This document shows positions 1 to 14,929 of a stretch of DNA of 64,000 nucleotides, in pieces (the stretch's first letter is position 1; each line of letters starts with the position of its first letter). Made by a program: the position numbers and the translations under genes. A model generated the notes under the pieces. It was not told where the DNA came from. It ran no database searches and worked only from the letters and a program-made list of their open reading frames with translations. This stretch comes from Schmidtea polychroa (lineage: Eukaryota). Where the stretch lies: NCBI GenBank assembly GCA_044892525.1, contig CM097885.1, positions 31,994,001 to 32,058,000 on the forward strand. Reading direction: 5' to 3'.

Positions 1-1
1 G

Positions 2-226
2 AAACAAGAATTTGCTCTTTATAAAAACACAGGACATCGAATAGAAAATTTGCAGAAACTTTATGATGCAATTTTGTGCATTAAACCAACTTCAACAGAT
101 GTTGAAAGAGTTTTTTCAACATGCACAAATGTTTGCACTAAAATACGCTCACGCTTATCAGATGCATCTCTCAATGCTCCAGTTTTTTTGAAATTTTATT
201 ATGGAAAATTTAATAAGATAAATTGA
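2..226 (+). mobile_element. hAT transposase C-terminus (dimerisation domain), truncated by window start
   Basis: Frame 2 reads KQEFALYKNTGHRIENLQKLYDAILCIKPTSTDVERVFSTCTNVCTKIRSRLSDASLNAPVFLKFYY, closely similar to the C-terminus of the 9514-11277 transposase. AAAACGG subterminal repeats follow at ~288-356. Confidence 0.9.
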
Positions 227-779
227 TTAAATAAATAGATTTAAAAAAATTTTGTGTTAAAAATTGCAGGGAAAATTTTTTTCTCGCAAACGGAAAACGG
301 CCGTTCCGTCCGGTTTTTAAAGAAAAAATGAAAAACGGCCGTTTTCCAGAAACCGTACTTGGAGATAATGCTAAAAATATTTTCTTTGGTTATGGGAAAA
401 CAGCTGATATTTACTTCATCCATATTAAGAGATATTGTGTAAGTCATATTTCCAAAAATTTTGAAAAACAAAACTCGTCAATAAAAGAAAAATTAAACAA
501 ATAACTAGAAATGTAGAGAAATAATAAAAGCGTTGTTGAAATTGAAAATTAATCGTATTTAATAAAAATCTAATTAATTAAATTAGACATTGAAAAATCA
601 ATAAATTATTGGGAGGTCAAAACATAAAAATGAAATTAATTAACTGATTAATTAAAAACTTAATTATGGTCATATTTTCCCTAAAATTTAGAGACCACCT
701 GAAAGCTGTTGCTATTGGCTTATTTAGGTTAGTAGTAAATTATTATTATTATTATTATCATTATTATTATTATTAGTAT

Positions 780-1380
<601 letters not shown>

Positions 1381-2399
1381 TGATAGTGAATACAGGGATC
1401 AAAATATGGAAATTTTCCAATAGAAAACATAATAAAACCTAACTGTATTGCGAAAAAAGTATAAATCATTGATATTTTTGTAACCATAGGTTGGTAAATA
1501 TAAACATTATTTCACAGAAAAACAAAATGTGGAAAATCTGTTTATAATAATTAAACAAAATATTATTTTCCCCAAATGAAGCAGATTTATTAATTGTTCA
1601 TTTTGAAGTTTCATATAAAATAATCAGTCTGAATAAATCCAATTTTGCAGCCCCATTGAATTTTACTACAACAATTTGTGTTCGAGGGATTAGTAAAATT
1701 CAAAACCTTCCGTATTATTCATTCAAGTATCCTTATTTTCAATTCTCGATAATCTTTTTCCATGGGGAAAGATTAAATAAATTAGGTGGATGATCTGTTT
1801 GTTTGCTTTTTGTTACGGAATTCTCCAAGATTCCTGCATTGCACCTGGATTTCAGATAATATTTTCATCAAACAACGCAATTAACAGACATCAAATACTC
1901 GTACGTGATATGTTAATCATGCGGTGACGCGTAAAACGACTTCAATAAAACAAGCTGCTGGATTTTCTCAAAACAAACTTATTCAAGTAAGAAATGTCTA
2001 AACATTTTTTTCATCTTCATCTTAATTTCTGTGAGTATCGAATAATTGAAATTTAAATCGATTTCTAACGATTATTGTAATAAATATGTTATTTAAAACA
2101 AATCATTTGGAATTAATTAAAATTTCATTAATGTTGCTTAATCGATAAATAAGATTAAATATTTTGATTAAGCATTAAATAATTTAATTTTCTGAATTTT
2201 TTTTTCAATATTTATTAAATTCATTTTTGATTCTGAAAATATCGAAATATTGTCGGTCTAAAATAATTTAAATTTGTTTAAATATTAATTTTTTTCATTT
2301 TTGTTATTAATTAAAATAATATTATAAAAACCTTTTTTCAATTTTCCTAATAAATAAAATAATAATAATACCATTAATAATGATTCTTCTACTTCTTCC

Positions 2400-2507
<108 letters not shown>

Positions 2508-3126
2508 AATAAAGAAATCTTAGGCCAGAATTATCCAAATTATTGCTGAAATAAAGTAAAACTTAATAAATCTACCTGATCACAATTACGAAAATTAATT
2601 ATCCCAACCAATTGAATTAATTAATAATTACATCGAGTATTTGTTGATAAAACCCAACGAATGGTTAACAAGTAGATAATTAATTATAAATTATGTACAT
2701 ATGATATTTAATGATCGGTTATTCAGATCTAACTGAAAGGCCAAAAACCCATATGAAACTCCACATTTGATTCCGAAGATTTTTTGTTTCATCATTATCG
2801 GTCCAGTCGATTCTCACAAAACATGATTTTCGATGAATATTACAACTTCTAATAAGTCATAGTTAAGTTGTTAAATGACAAATTACACAGTGGTAATTAG
2901 GTCTGTTCGCTTTTATCTTTTGAAACCATCTAGCACATTTAATGAAGTGAATTAATTTCTTTCCGAATTATACATAATGATAAATTTCAAGGTCAAGAAT
3001 TTTATTTTTGATTTCTGTTTTTGATCAAGTATTTGTAAATAAATTTATACTTTTTGTCGACAGTTGAAATGTTGGCTAGATATATCTACTAATTGAAACA
3101 AAATTATTGCAATAATAATAATAATA

Positions 3127-3175
<49 letters not shown>

Positions 3176-4899
3176 CTTGAAAATAAAATATTTAATTGGT
3201 TTTAGAATTTAAATTAAATAATTAATCGATTAATTTATTTAAATAGATTGTCAATGCGATCAAATCAATTTAAATGAATTTTTCTTTGACATTTATCTGA
3301 CATTGATTTTCAATTGAAATCAAAAAACTGAAGAGTTATTAAATATTACTTTAGGAAAATTGTATGAGAAATCAATTTCAAGATTTGACTGGCATAATAA
3401 TAATAGGGGACATTTTTGGCTCGTTTTATTAGGATTAATTAAATGTTATTTGGGATTCGAATTTCTGTTTATGCTTGGATTTTAATTAAAACTCTGACAT
3501 TCATTACTTTTTTGGATTATATTGATTTTTGTGAACAGGAATTTTTATTTTATAATAATATATTCTATTAAAAGATTTATAATAATCTGTCATCAAAAAA
3601 TATTAAAATCCTCAAACCATTTCAATTCTAATCTAATAAAATTTATAATATAAAAATAACGTCTGCAAAACTGGAATAATACAATAAGCACACACTATAG
3701 TGTTGATATGAATGGTTTTATTATTAATGTTGTACGCACAAACAACCAATCATATTTGTTGGATTAAAGGGTGCAGTTACGATATATTTTAGTATTTTTA
3801 ACCAGTCACTATTAATTAAAATTATAATATTTTAACGATAAATTTCAAAATACCAAAAAATTGTTACAAGAATTTTATTACAAAAACAAATTTTCACAGA
3901 AAATATTTCATAAAATTCATTCAATTTAAAATGTTGTGTGTTGGATGAAAATGACGAGAAATTTCATCCAAATTGTGTTTAAATCATTTTTTATCAATTA
4001 TATATATAATTCATTTCTTCTGTATCAATTAATGAATTTTTACTGAAATTTTATTTTTATTGATGTATTAAAAAACTTTGTCCCGTTTGGTGAGTGAAAT
4101 CAAAATGACATAATTTTTCTGTCAATTATAAAGTTATTAAAGTAAACTTTCTTAATTTCCTATTTAATTCTATTAATAATGTTGATAACTATACTCAATC
4201 AATGTCACAGAGGTCATAAGACTTTTAAGTGAACTTTAGGCCCAGGCAAATTTCGAATTTAAGACAATGTTGAATTCAGACAATTTTTCGGCATGAATTT
4301 CTAGGATTCGACACTCCCGGTGTAAATAAACTAAAGAACAAATTTAGATAAAATTTTATTATAAACAAAACGAAATGAGATACATAACATTTATGAACCA
4401 TTAAATGTAATCGCCAAACAAATTGATAAATAATATACTCCAGAAATCTAGACTCAAGATTTAAATTTAGATAATGAGCCTATGAAAGATTGACCCATGG
4501 CTTCTTCCTAGAGGGACACTGAGCAATTGTCCATAAGATAATGCGTGACAACAAGAAATTTACCAAAATGAGATTATCTGCACTGAAAACATTTACATCG
4601 ACATCTATGGGTTGAGTACTTATGCAACCCTTCGGGAGAAAAAGCACGTTTACAATAAAACTTGGAATTCACAACCACTTGACTATTATTTCTGGTTTCG
4701 ATCTAGTTGCTTTCTTAGCTTTAACTTGAATTTATTCGATAACTTTAATTTGTTTCTATCGTTTCTCCAATTTGACAATGCTTTCTACGATAACTTCATA
4801 ATTCCCCTTGTGTTTTGTTCAATACTGTTTTCTCGTCTGTTTTTTCTTATTTAAAATTGCGTCTCACTTTTATCTTTCCTCCACCTGCTTTATTACTTC

Positions 4900-5366
4900 T
4901 TTTTCAAATTCTGTTTCCTTTTTTTTCTTTACAATTTCTGTCCTTTGATTCAGGCTGTGTGTCTTTTTATAGTCTACAAGCTAATGGCACTTACTGGTAT
5001 TAACTTTAGTTAAGATTCCTTCCTCCAGTACATTTTCATCAGCCACCTTTCGAGATATATAATTTTTAGAAGATATCATCTCTCGGCTTCCCAGGTGATC
5101 TCTTTTCTTTATCTGAAACAGCCTATTGAGATTTACAAATTTTTTTCGATTTTGTTTTTGTTTTCTTCACTTTGTACTTGATAATGAAGAACGACCTTGT
5201 CGCATTGAATTAATGAGTCTATCATTTTTCTCTCATTTTCAATTTCATTTTCTCACTATTTGTTTTAGAGAATTCTGGAACAACCTATCCCTCAATTCAT
5301 ATATTTCCTCCTTCATTTTATTCATTTAATAATTATTGGATTTTATAATTTAGGTATCCTCAATAA
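4900..5366. repeat. Dispersed repeat (possibly LTR-derived), related copy at ~45900-46477
   Basis: TCGAGATATATAATTTTTAGAAGATATCATCTCTCGGCTTCCCAGGT (~5050) resembles TCGAGGTATGTAATATTTAGAAGATGCCATCTCTCGACTTCCCTGGT (~46123). Both copies end in TTTAGRTATCCTCAATA. Confidence 0.6.
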
Positions 5367-6401
5367 ATAGAACAAATTGAATGAGAAGTTTGTATATTTT
5401 AGTAAGAAGAAACCGAAACACTTATTTCTCCATTTACAATATTTCTTTATTCAACGTTTATTATTACACCTTAGTTTATTTTCTATATCTTTTTATGTAG
5501 CCAATTCTTTACAGCATTTATGTAGAAAACTTGAACCATATAAAAGACCTATATTGAATTTACTAATTTTATTACAATCGAACTACTTGAAGTATTATAC
5601 AAATTATTATTATTTTTGAAAGTTCCAAAATTCTTTTTATTTATATTTATGTTTTCATTGGAGGCAGCATCAAATGTTACAAATGTAACAATAGCAAGTT
5701 TTGTTGAAAATTTTTATTCAAAAAAATGTTTGATTATATTATTATTATTTAATATAATTTATTATACATTTTTATTCATCAGCATAACGAATTAACCGAA
5801 TAATTCAATGAGTAACAGAATGAGACAATGGGTTTTAATTTATGATTATTTAACTTCATTCTGATAGGTTAAAATTAAATTTTAAAATTTAATCAACCTT
5901 TTAATTTAATTGATTAGTTTATTTACTTACCAATTAGTAATCCATCATATATACAATCCGTATATACAATTGAGCATCATAGTATGACACGCTTCACATT
6001 AAGGTAAAGAAATTGGAAACATATTCAATTAACTGGGCTACAATTGCTTATGCCAATGGAAAAATATTTATGTAACATTCGAAAATTTAGATTTCCGTAC
6101 CAATGAAATAGTTACATCATTAATTTACTGTATATAATAAATACATATTACCAAATAATTTAATGATAATCTTGACAAAAAATACGTGCACGGTAAATAC
6201 ATGTTTCAAGCATTCAATCATTTGAAAAAAATTCATTTTAGACGTTACACTTTGTAACATTAAAACACCGAATTAATGCAAAAATGACACAATTTGTAAA
6301 TTTCTGACAAGTAAATCCTTTGAAAGTCCTCTATAAAGGATACTAATTTGACTGGGCTGATTTACGAACCATTGAGTCCGAGGTTTGATTGTTGCATCAA
6401 T

Positions 6402-6535
6402 AAGAGGATTTTTTTATGATAGGATTCGCGTATGATTAGGGATTACATATAATTTCCTATTCAGTAAAACAAAAAATCCGATTCAATATTTTAATCAAAC
6501 GATATCAAAAGTAGCTTAATGTACCATTTGGTTAT
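6402..6535. repeat. Dispersed repeat, second copy at ~17415-17547
   Basis: AGAGGATT...GATTCGCGTATGATT...CAGTAAAACAAAAA...AGTAGCTTAATGTACCATTTGGTTAT occurs at both sites. Confidence 0.8.
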
Positions 6536-7414
6536 AACATTATTTAGTTTTTTTCGTATTATTACGTTAATACGAAAATTTTATAATTAAATTATAATAA
6601 TAATTAATTATAATTATTATTATTAGTATTTAAAAATTATTTCTTTCACTACATCACACTGAAATTGGAAATACGCCTCCTACCACATGAAAAAATTGAC
6701 CTCAAAACAACTATTACCTCAACGAACTTTGAAAATAAAAAAAAGTTTATTACTAATTATTCAACATGTGACACCATGCTGCTAACTGTAAGCAACCCGA
6801 TGTAACTTCCTAGTCACCGCGATATAAAGTAAATTACAATATAGAGCAAACCTGCACAACATACGGCCAGTGAACACTTTCTAGGAAGCTCCTAAAAGTC
6901 AGAAGAAATCGATATATTTAAAAAATAAATCCAATCTATATTGCATATGATACCAATGTGATACCAAGAGGACTGTAGCTTATTCAGGAATTTTGGTTTT
7001 TCTCTTTTAACTATTTTCCTTGGAATTTTTGCCACTTGACATAAGTTGTGTGGTCCTGATAAAGAATATATTAAGAAAAAGTATGTACCCCGGCCTACCA
7101 AAAGTCAACCACAGCTTTCAGCTGCAAGGTTACCAACAAGGTTTAACAAATGTGTGGAACAATTTTGGCGGCTGTATGGCTATGTTTTTAATGCGATCTT
7201 GCAATGTTGTGTACTTCTTTGCAGCATTTTAAACTTCGGTTTATGTGAACCAAATGTAGTTAGCGTAAAAGAAGTTAGTGTAGATTGATTAAGTTTGAGA
7301 TTTCCAAATTGAAGAAATGAAAAACAGTAATGATGAATGACTGTCACCAGTATCATAATTAGTCAATGGATGAATTGAATAGCGTAGCATTGTTATAAGC
7401 ATCAACACAATATG

Positions 7415-8832
7415 CAGTGGTTCCCAACCTTTCTTACATCGCGGCACACTATTGAGTTCTTTAAATTTTCACGGCACACCTATCACAAAAATGTTGTTTA
7501 GGTATGAAAACTCCAGATCACATAGGTACGAAGTTGAGAATTGCAGTAAGGCTTTGATGGCTTTTTTACTAAGAGTTAGATACTCTTCCATAACAGAAAT
7601 CCAAAAGGCGTCGAATGACAGTTGTGCGCATTCACATTGAGTCACCGATCACTGAAAAGACTCACTAGTTCTTCCTCTTCACATAACTCAAATTTGGAAA
7701 GATTAATGACCAATAAATCTAGAAAAGAATTGCGAACCCAATCAAATTCTTCAATGCTGATTGAGGGGAAATATTCTTCAATTTTATTTTCCAAAATTGT
7801 TAAATGCTCACTAATAATGAGAATCATCTCGGTAACGCAGGTTTTGCGAACTGATGGAAACACATCCAAATCGTTTACCATCATTCTTTTCTTCCATATT
7901 GCAATTTTTTTTAAAGTAACTAATTTATCTGTTGCCGTAAGAATATTTTCATTTCTGCCTTGCATTTTCCCATTCAGACTATTCAGATGTCCAAATATCT
8001 CACTTAAGATCGTATGGACACCCACAATTCATTTTTAAGGATTTTCAAAAAAAAGAAAAGTTCTTTCTGAAGCTCAAATACGCGAGATAGCACCTTTCCT
8101 TTCGATAACCATCTTATGTTTGTGCGCAATAGTAAACAATTGTATCAAAAACACCTTTTGTAGTTGTGGGTAACTTTTTACAGCATAGAAATTGATTAAT
8201 TATTGCATATTCATCGATGACACGTATAAATGCAATTAATTGTGCATAGGTACCAATGTCAGTAGATTCATCGACTTGGAGAGCAAAGAGATTATTTTTA
8301 AATTTGGATAATACACTTTCCTCAATATTATCAAACAAGTCAATAATCCTTCTCTGAATTGTATTGTTTGAAAGAGGGATCTTTCTAATTTCATGTTTGG
8401 CCTTGTCACCAAGAATAATTTTCACCATCTTTTTGCATGCTGGAAGGATCACTGATTCTGCAAGAACATGAGACTTCGATTTACGAGGAAAAAATTCTGC
8501 CACCTCATATGAAGCCAATTGAGGTTTTTCGGATACAGTTACAGTTGCATTTGATTCTGACAACCGTCGGAAATAATCGACATTTTTAGTTTGAAGATTA
8601 GGATGATTGGTAGAAAGATGCCTTTTCATCTTACTTGAAACCATTGCTTCATTACACAGCGTTTGGTCACACACAACACACAGTACGGAGAAGGAATATG
8701 TGCATTTCCAGTCCAGTGAAACCCAAATTTCAAGTAATTATCCCTATACAACCGATGAACCTTTGGTTGTTTAAATGAAGTTATAGAATTATTCTTGTCA
8801 CCATCACCTTTTCTTTTGAAAAACTTGTCCAT
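7415..8832 (-). mobile_element. hAT (Buster/Charlie/ZBED5-SCAND3-like) transposon, fragmented transposase
   Basis: TIR-like CAGTGGTTCCCAACCT at 7415. Broken minus-strand ORFs carry YLKFGF, C..C...L.NEAM..SKMKRHL.TNHP, IPLSNNTIQRRI, FALQVDESTD and IFGHLNSLN..MQG; frameshifts separate the pieces. Confidence 0.9.
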
Positions 8833-8912
8833 TTTTAAAGGTGAATTAAATCTAAAATTGAAGAAAATAGATCTAAGAGAATTTTTATCATATTTTAAAT
8901 TCAATTTTAAAT

Positions 8913-11580
8913 TCAAATTTCAGGGCGCTGTCTCATGATTAAGAAATTGAATGTCCTCCACCTATTATCTCTTCTCGTAATTATTGAAGTTCTATTTTCT
9001 ATTACATTTCGAATTAATTTGAGACATATATTTTCCTCTTTCAAGTAATTGGCGATCGTTTGTAAGCAAATATTAATATTATAATTCTTTGATATGAAGT
9101 CCTTCATTTAGTTTAATGTTGCTAATTTGTTAAGGAAAATTTAATTCGATTTTAATTTCCGTTGTTGTGGCCTTGCTGTTTGTTTATTCCCGTTTTTTGA
9201 ATAAGTTTTTAAAATGCCTCTTGCAGCACTCCGAATAATATACAGCTAGGGTTTTACATTACTGTTAAACAGCAACAGTAAAACAGCTGTTTTTTTGTCT
9301 TAATCGGAAAACATTAAACAGCTGTTTTTTCGAAGCTGTTTATACTGTTTTTTAACGATCCTTTTTCAATTTTTTTAAAAAGAATTTTTAATATTATAAT
9401 ATAACTTACAAAAGTCAATATTTAATTGATATTGTTGATAAATATTTGTTTGATTATTTATATACTAACAAACTTCTAAAAACATAATTTTATATTTCAC
9501 CCATGTCTTCAGTTTGGGATTATGCTATAAAACGAAAAAATGTGTTAAAAAGGTGCTTGAAGGTCAATGCAAGCGATGTAATAAAGTTATAACTTGTTCT
9601 GGCAATTCTACAACAACTTTAAAAAATCATCTCAAAACCCATGGCATCGACATGGAAAAGCCAACAGTTAGTGCATCGAAAGAAGATACAATATCAGAGA
9701 AGAGAACAAAATCAATTTCAGATTTTCTAGTTAAAAAATCTCTCAAAGAAATAGTATCAGATCTTGCTACTGATGGTATAACTATTAGAGCTATTACAAG
9801 AAATAATTACATCAGACAATCTATTACTCGCGATGGTCTTAAACTTCCTATCAATGAACGCGATGTCATGAAACTGATTATTGAAGATTTTTTAGAGAAA
9901 AAAGCTAAAATGATAACACTTGTTAAACAAAAGATTGATTCTGGAACCAAATTTTCAATGACAGTTGATGAATACACAACAATTAGAGGTAGACGCTTTT
10001 TTGGTGTTAACATACATACTAGTGACGATAAAATGACAATGAAAACTGGCCTTGTTCGAATTTTTGGTTCTTGCACAGCAGAAGTTATGATAAATGCAAT
10101 GAAAGAACATTTAGCCGATTTTGGAATTGATATGAATAAGGATATTGTTGGATCTACTCAAGACGGAGCAGCAATTAACAAGAAATTTATTCAATTGCTA
10201 GATATTATAGGTCAGTTTTGTTTAAATCATGCTATTCATTTGGGAGTTTGTGATACTTTGTATAAGAAAAAAAGTATTGATGAAGAAAAGTCGTATTGGA
10301 ATAACGATGAGATTGAAGATACAGAATGCTATGATGATTGCCTTGGTTTATCAAATGATATTGATATTGAGAATGTTGATTTGAACTATCACGATCTGCT
10401 TCAAACATCTCGAAAACTTGTCAAATTTATAAAGAACTCAACAGTTCGCAATAATGTTTTCCTAACAAAAAACAAAGCTTTGACAGGCCGCAACAGTGAA
10501 TTATATCTGGATATTAAGACGCGTTGGAATTCAATTCCTACCATGTTGGATTCAATTATAAAATCAGAATTGGCTATTCGAGAAACGTTAACTGAATTTA
10601 ATGCAATATATCAAATAGATTCTGTTGATTTTGATGCTCTTAATAATCTTCTTTGTGCTATGGAACCGATTAAACTTGCTGTTGAACGCTTAAGTCAAGA
10701 TGATGCGATATTAGTAAGTGCTGAAATAATATTAGAGTTTATGTTCAAGAAACTTTCGATGATTAATAGTGAAATAAGTCAAGATCTGCATGATAACTTA
10801 AAGCAACGAATCGATGAAAGAATAAATAAAGATGTTATGAATCTTTTGAAAAGTCTCAAAGATTCATCAGTTGTTCCATCAGAAACAACATTAACATTTG
10901 CTGGACGTTTAGCTTCACGCATATTTGAATTTGATGATGGCGATGATATACGTGGTTCTACCCAAGAAGAATTTGAAAACACCAATCTTTCGCTAAAAGA
11001 AGAACTTAATATGCTTTTATATATGGATCAAACCCTGAAAGTACTTGGAGTAGATTTTAAATGGCTTAAGTCAGAATTCACTTTGTATAAGAATACTGGA
11101 CAACGAACGGAAAATCTTCAAAAACTTTACAATGCACTTCTTAGCATCAAACCAACATCGACTGACATTGAGCGTGTATTCTCAATTTGCACAAATTTTT
11201 GCACTAAAATTAGATCACGCTTATCAGATGATGCTCTTAAAGCTTTGGTTTTCTTGAAATTTTACTATAAAAAATAAATAAGTTTTCTGATGTTATATGA
11301 ATTAAGTTGTTATAAAAGATAATAAATATTTTCCAAGATATTAATAAATTGAAAAAAAATAAATATATACATTTTCAGTATTTTTTAAATATTAAAATTA
11401 TGGGAAAATTGAAAAAACAGTAAAAACAGCTAATATCAGCTGTTTTTTCGAAAATAAAAAACAGTAACAGCTTTTTTTTTATTATTAATAATGTATAATA
11501 CAGCAGTTTCCGTGAAATTCGTCGATTTTATTTTTCTTTAAATGATTGTATTACTCGATTTTTGTCGACAGTACTGGTCA
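8913..11580 (-). pseudogene. IS630/Tc1-like transposase N-terminal remnant split by the hAT insertion (pieces 11505-11580 and 8913-9246)
   Basis: Removing 9247-11504 joins MTSTVDKNRVIQSFKEK*NRRISRKLLY to IIRSAARGILKTYSKTG, followed by MKDFISKNYNINICLQTIANYLKEENI (HTH-like). Confidence 0.5.
9247..11496 (+). mobile_element. hAT transposon with near-complete transposase (ORF 9514-11277; true start probably ATG 9503)
   Basis: Left TIR TAGGGTTTTACATTACTG; AACAGCTG subterminal repeats at both ends; 8-bp TSD-like TATACAGC (9239-9246) / AATACAGC (11497-11504). Protein has BED finger CKRC...HLKTH, TVDEYT, TQDGAA, CLNHAIHL, TRWNS and TSTDIERVFS. Confidence 0.93.
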
Positions 11581-12796
11581 TATTATATATCCTAATTTTA
11601 TTAATAAAATAATTTAAAATTAATTAATTATTCTTTCTAATATTTCATTATTTTAAAAATTTGAAATCTTTTATTATTTTAAATTGCGTCAGGTGAATTT
11701 GATTGCATGCCATACAAATTGTTCTGCTTATACAAAATAGAAGTGGTGTAAATTCCTAAATTAAAATTACCAAGAATATATTTTATTATGTAGTGTTTCT
11801 GTATAATATGTTTAGTTTATTAATGTAAAGTTATGTATATATGTACTGTGAGGTGTTCTCAGATGAGAGTTAAATATTTCAAATAATTATTAAGATAATT
11901 TTAAGTGATAAATAATTGACTATTTAAAATAACTTTGAAAATAATTTTTAAACTGAAATTTTTAAATTTTTAAATTAAACGAGCTTTTTAACCGGATCAT
12001 TTTTAAATAAATATATTTTAAATATCGAAATTTTAATAAATGGTTTTTTGGAATATTTTATTCAACGCTGAAAATTTGTTTGGAAATTATACAAAATTTC
12101 ATGAAATAAAAACTTGGAATTATGTCGTTAACTTTTGAACCGGATTTAAAAAATAATTTAGAAGATGTGTTAACATCTTCTAAAATGTACTAAATTTGTT
12201 TTGTATGTTAATAACTTTGTTATAGTGACATAATAATGTGACAATTAATTCTATCATAGGAACAGGTGACAAATATATTCTAAATTTTTTGATATAATTT
12301 CTTTCAGTAATATCAAAATTTAGAGTATAGTGCAAAATTACCATTTGTTCTTGCAGATATTTTGTGAATAGATAGATTTGTTTCATTGTTAACAATCAAC
12401 GAATACTTGTTGGCTCCAAACTGTTTCATGGACAAAGAAAAATTTGTTCCATTTTTTATATCAATTTTATTTGTAAATGAATGCTCATCACACGATGTAA
12501 ATTTCTAATTGATTATTTATTTATGAACAATTTTTAAACTTATAATCAATATAAAAAGGTACAATAATAATGAAATTTTACTTTTCATGAAATTGTTTAA
12601 AATAAGTGTAAATTAAATAAGTTACAAAGATATGCAGACCATACGCATAGCTTTGTAGATAGATAGCGTACGTAGCACAACTGGGGCATGTCGCATCACA
12701 TCGGATTTTTGTTTGAATCTCGGAAGATTTAAATAAATAATAAAATATACATATGTGCGTGTATCATTACAATTTACTCATAATTTTCGGCGCTAA

Positions 12797-14130
12797 GAAA
12801 GTTTTATTGAAACCCCAAGATTACTAAGGCACTTAAGCTGTCTTATAAATGTAGTTAATAATGACCAGTTTTGCTTCTTGTATAGTTTCTTATCAATTAT
12901 TAAATATGACAGTATAAATAGACAATATAGAAATCGTCCTACTTTCTACAATCTTTCTGATATTAAATTTGACCCTAATAATATGCCGATGAAACTATCA
13001 AATATAAGTAAATTTGAGCAACAAAATCCATGTTATAGTATTAGAGTCCTTACTTACAACGAAAAGGCTTTGATAGATATTTCTGATGAAGATGCAGTTA
13101 TGAAGCATCCCTTTATTGATATAATATACAGGAGTAAAATAGTAGGAGTCATACCTATAAATTTATTATTAATTGAAAAGAAGGATAATTATCATTATCT
13201 TGCAATCACAGACCTAAATAGATTCCTTAATTGTAGGAATAGTTCAAACACTCATGTTAGGATTTGTAGCCAGTGGTGTCTTAGGTGTTTAAACGGTTTT
13301 AGGAATGATGACACTTTTAATAGACATAAGGGTCTTTGTTACACATTGCTTAAAAATAAATATTTAGAATTTACTGATTGGAGTAAAACCGTCACTCTTT
13401 CCTTTGTTATGTTTACCTTTGAGGATATCTTATCTAAGGACACTCTATACTTTCAACGTCACCTGCCTATTTCTGCTTGTATGCTTTTTATTAATATTTT
13501 TACCGGCGTAAAAATTTATAAATCTTTCGTCGGTTTAGATTGCGTCGATCAATTTCTTTCTGAATTTGAAATGAGAGGTAAATATATAGTAATACTGTAT
13601 TATTATAAAAATTATCAGAAGAAAATGATAATTACTGATGAACAGCAATTAGTTTTTGAAAACACCACATCATGTTATTTGTGCAATAAGCCTTTAATTA
13701 GTCCAGTCAGGGACTATGACCATTTTACCAGTCTATTTCTTGGTGCAGCTTTTACGACTTGTAATCTGTCAAGGCAAATTAAACATACACTTCCTGTCAT
13801 ATTTCATAATTTAAAGGGTTGTGATCTGCATCACATCTTGAAATTTGGCCTTTCAAAATATCATTAATGTAATATTAGTTGTATTCCTTTAACCAGCGAG
13901 AAATTCATTAATCTTTATGCTAGGATTGACTCATTAACCGTTAAATTTATAGACTCTTATCAATTTGTCAGCGAATCTTTAAATAATGCTGTCAAAACTT
14001 TATCATCTTTACCCTTAACCTAATCAGAATTTCAGGGTACAATAATCATGGCAAAGGGGATTTTTCCTTATGATACAGCAACTTCTTTAGATGTTTTGCA
14101 TAACATTCATCAGTTACCTGCTATATTTCC
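12797..14130 (+). pseudogene. Polinton/Maverick protein-primed DNA polymerase B, N-terminal/exonuclease part, disrupted
   Basis: SFIETP...INVVNNDQFCFLYS, FEQQNP, INLLLI...HYLAITDLNRFL, CLRCLNGF, CYLC...VRDYDHFT...CNL, LPVIFHNLKG, FIDSYQF, KGIFPYD. In-frame stops at 13865 and ~14021. Confidence 0.88.
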
Positions 14131-14759
14131 AATAGCTAATGGAAACATCCAAAAGAAAAATGTCAGAATCAAAGAAGCAATTCTCATCATAAACAGACAG
14201 CCGAAGATCAACACTAAAGAAGAAATCAATGAAATCATGAATTTGATCTGTTGTCATTGACCTTGAGAATAACTGACAATATATAAAGAAATTAATAAAA
14301 AAAATAAAAAAATATAATAAATTAAAAAGTAATAATTAAAATAATATAGAAAATTTTAGAAAATATACTTTCAAAAGATAGGATTTAAAAATCAAAATTA
14401 ACACATTTATTGAAATATTTAAATAGCGTATTATTATAGTTATTGGAGGCTTTATTTTAAAATATTTTGAAATATTTTATTAGGCTTCTAGAAGCTAATT
14501 ATAGAAGCTTTATAAAAAAATTTAAAAAATTTTAGTTTGTGTCATTTTGAAAATTTAAATGGTATTTATTTTATTTTATTGTAATTTTAATTTTCAATAA
14601 GAATTAAGAGAAAGGAAATAAAAGAAAGATTGAAAGGTATTTTCGGGAAGAGCATTGCTAAATTCCAGGAGATTGACAAGGACTATCTTATAGTCAAAAA
14701 TATTTTCATTAAATACATTATTTGCAGCCAAAGGCTTATATTATCATTTTATTGTTTTA

Positions 14760-14760
<1 letters not shown>
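14131..14760 (+). mobile_element. Penelope-like element 3' fragment (GIY-YIG C-terminus, AT-rich UTR, pLTR with hammerhead-like motif)
   Basis: ANGNIQKKNVRIKEAILIINRQPKINTKEE matches the GIY-YIG tail at 43970-44100(-) and 51810-51910. It ends in the TTGACAAGGACTATCTTATAGTC repeat, then (AAT)n at 14760-14854. Confidence 0.8.
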
Positions 14761-14855
<95 letters not shown>

Positions 14856-14929
14856 TGGTCGAGGGTAGAGAATAGAGCTCTTCAAGACCTTTCGAATGAT
14901 ACCCTTGGTTGAAGGTTTGACCTTATTTG

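Noticed and set aside
12657..12720. AGATAGATAG as left Polinton terminus of the relic
   Set aside because: Not complementary to the CTACT end at 15418 and lies outside the 62-bp direct repeat.
14048..14260. 70-aa ORF as a novel gene
   Set aside because: Chance in-frame fusion of the Polinton pPolB remnant (KGIFPYD) and a Penelope GIY-YIG tail at the insertion junction.
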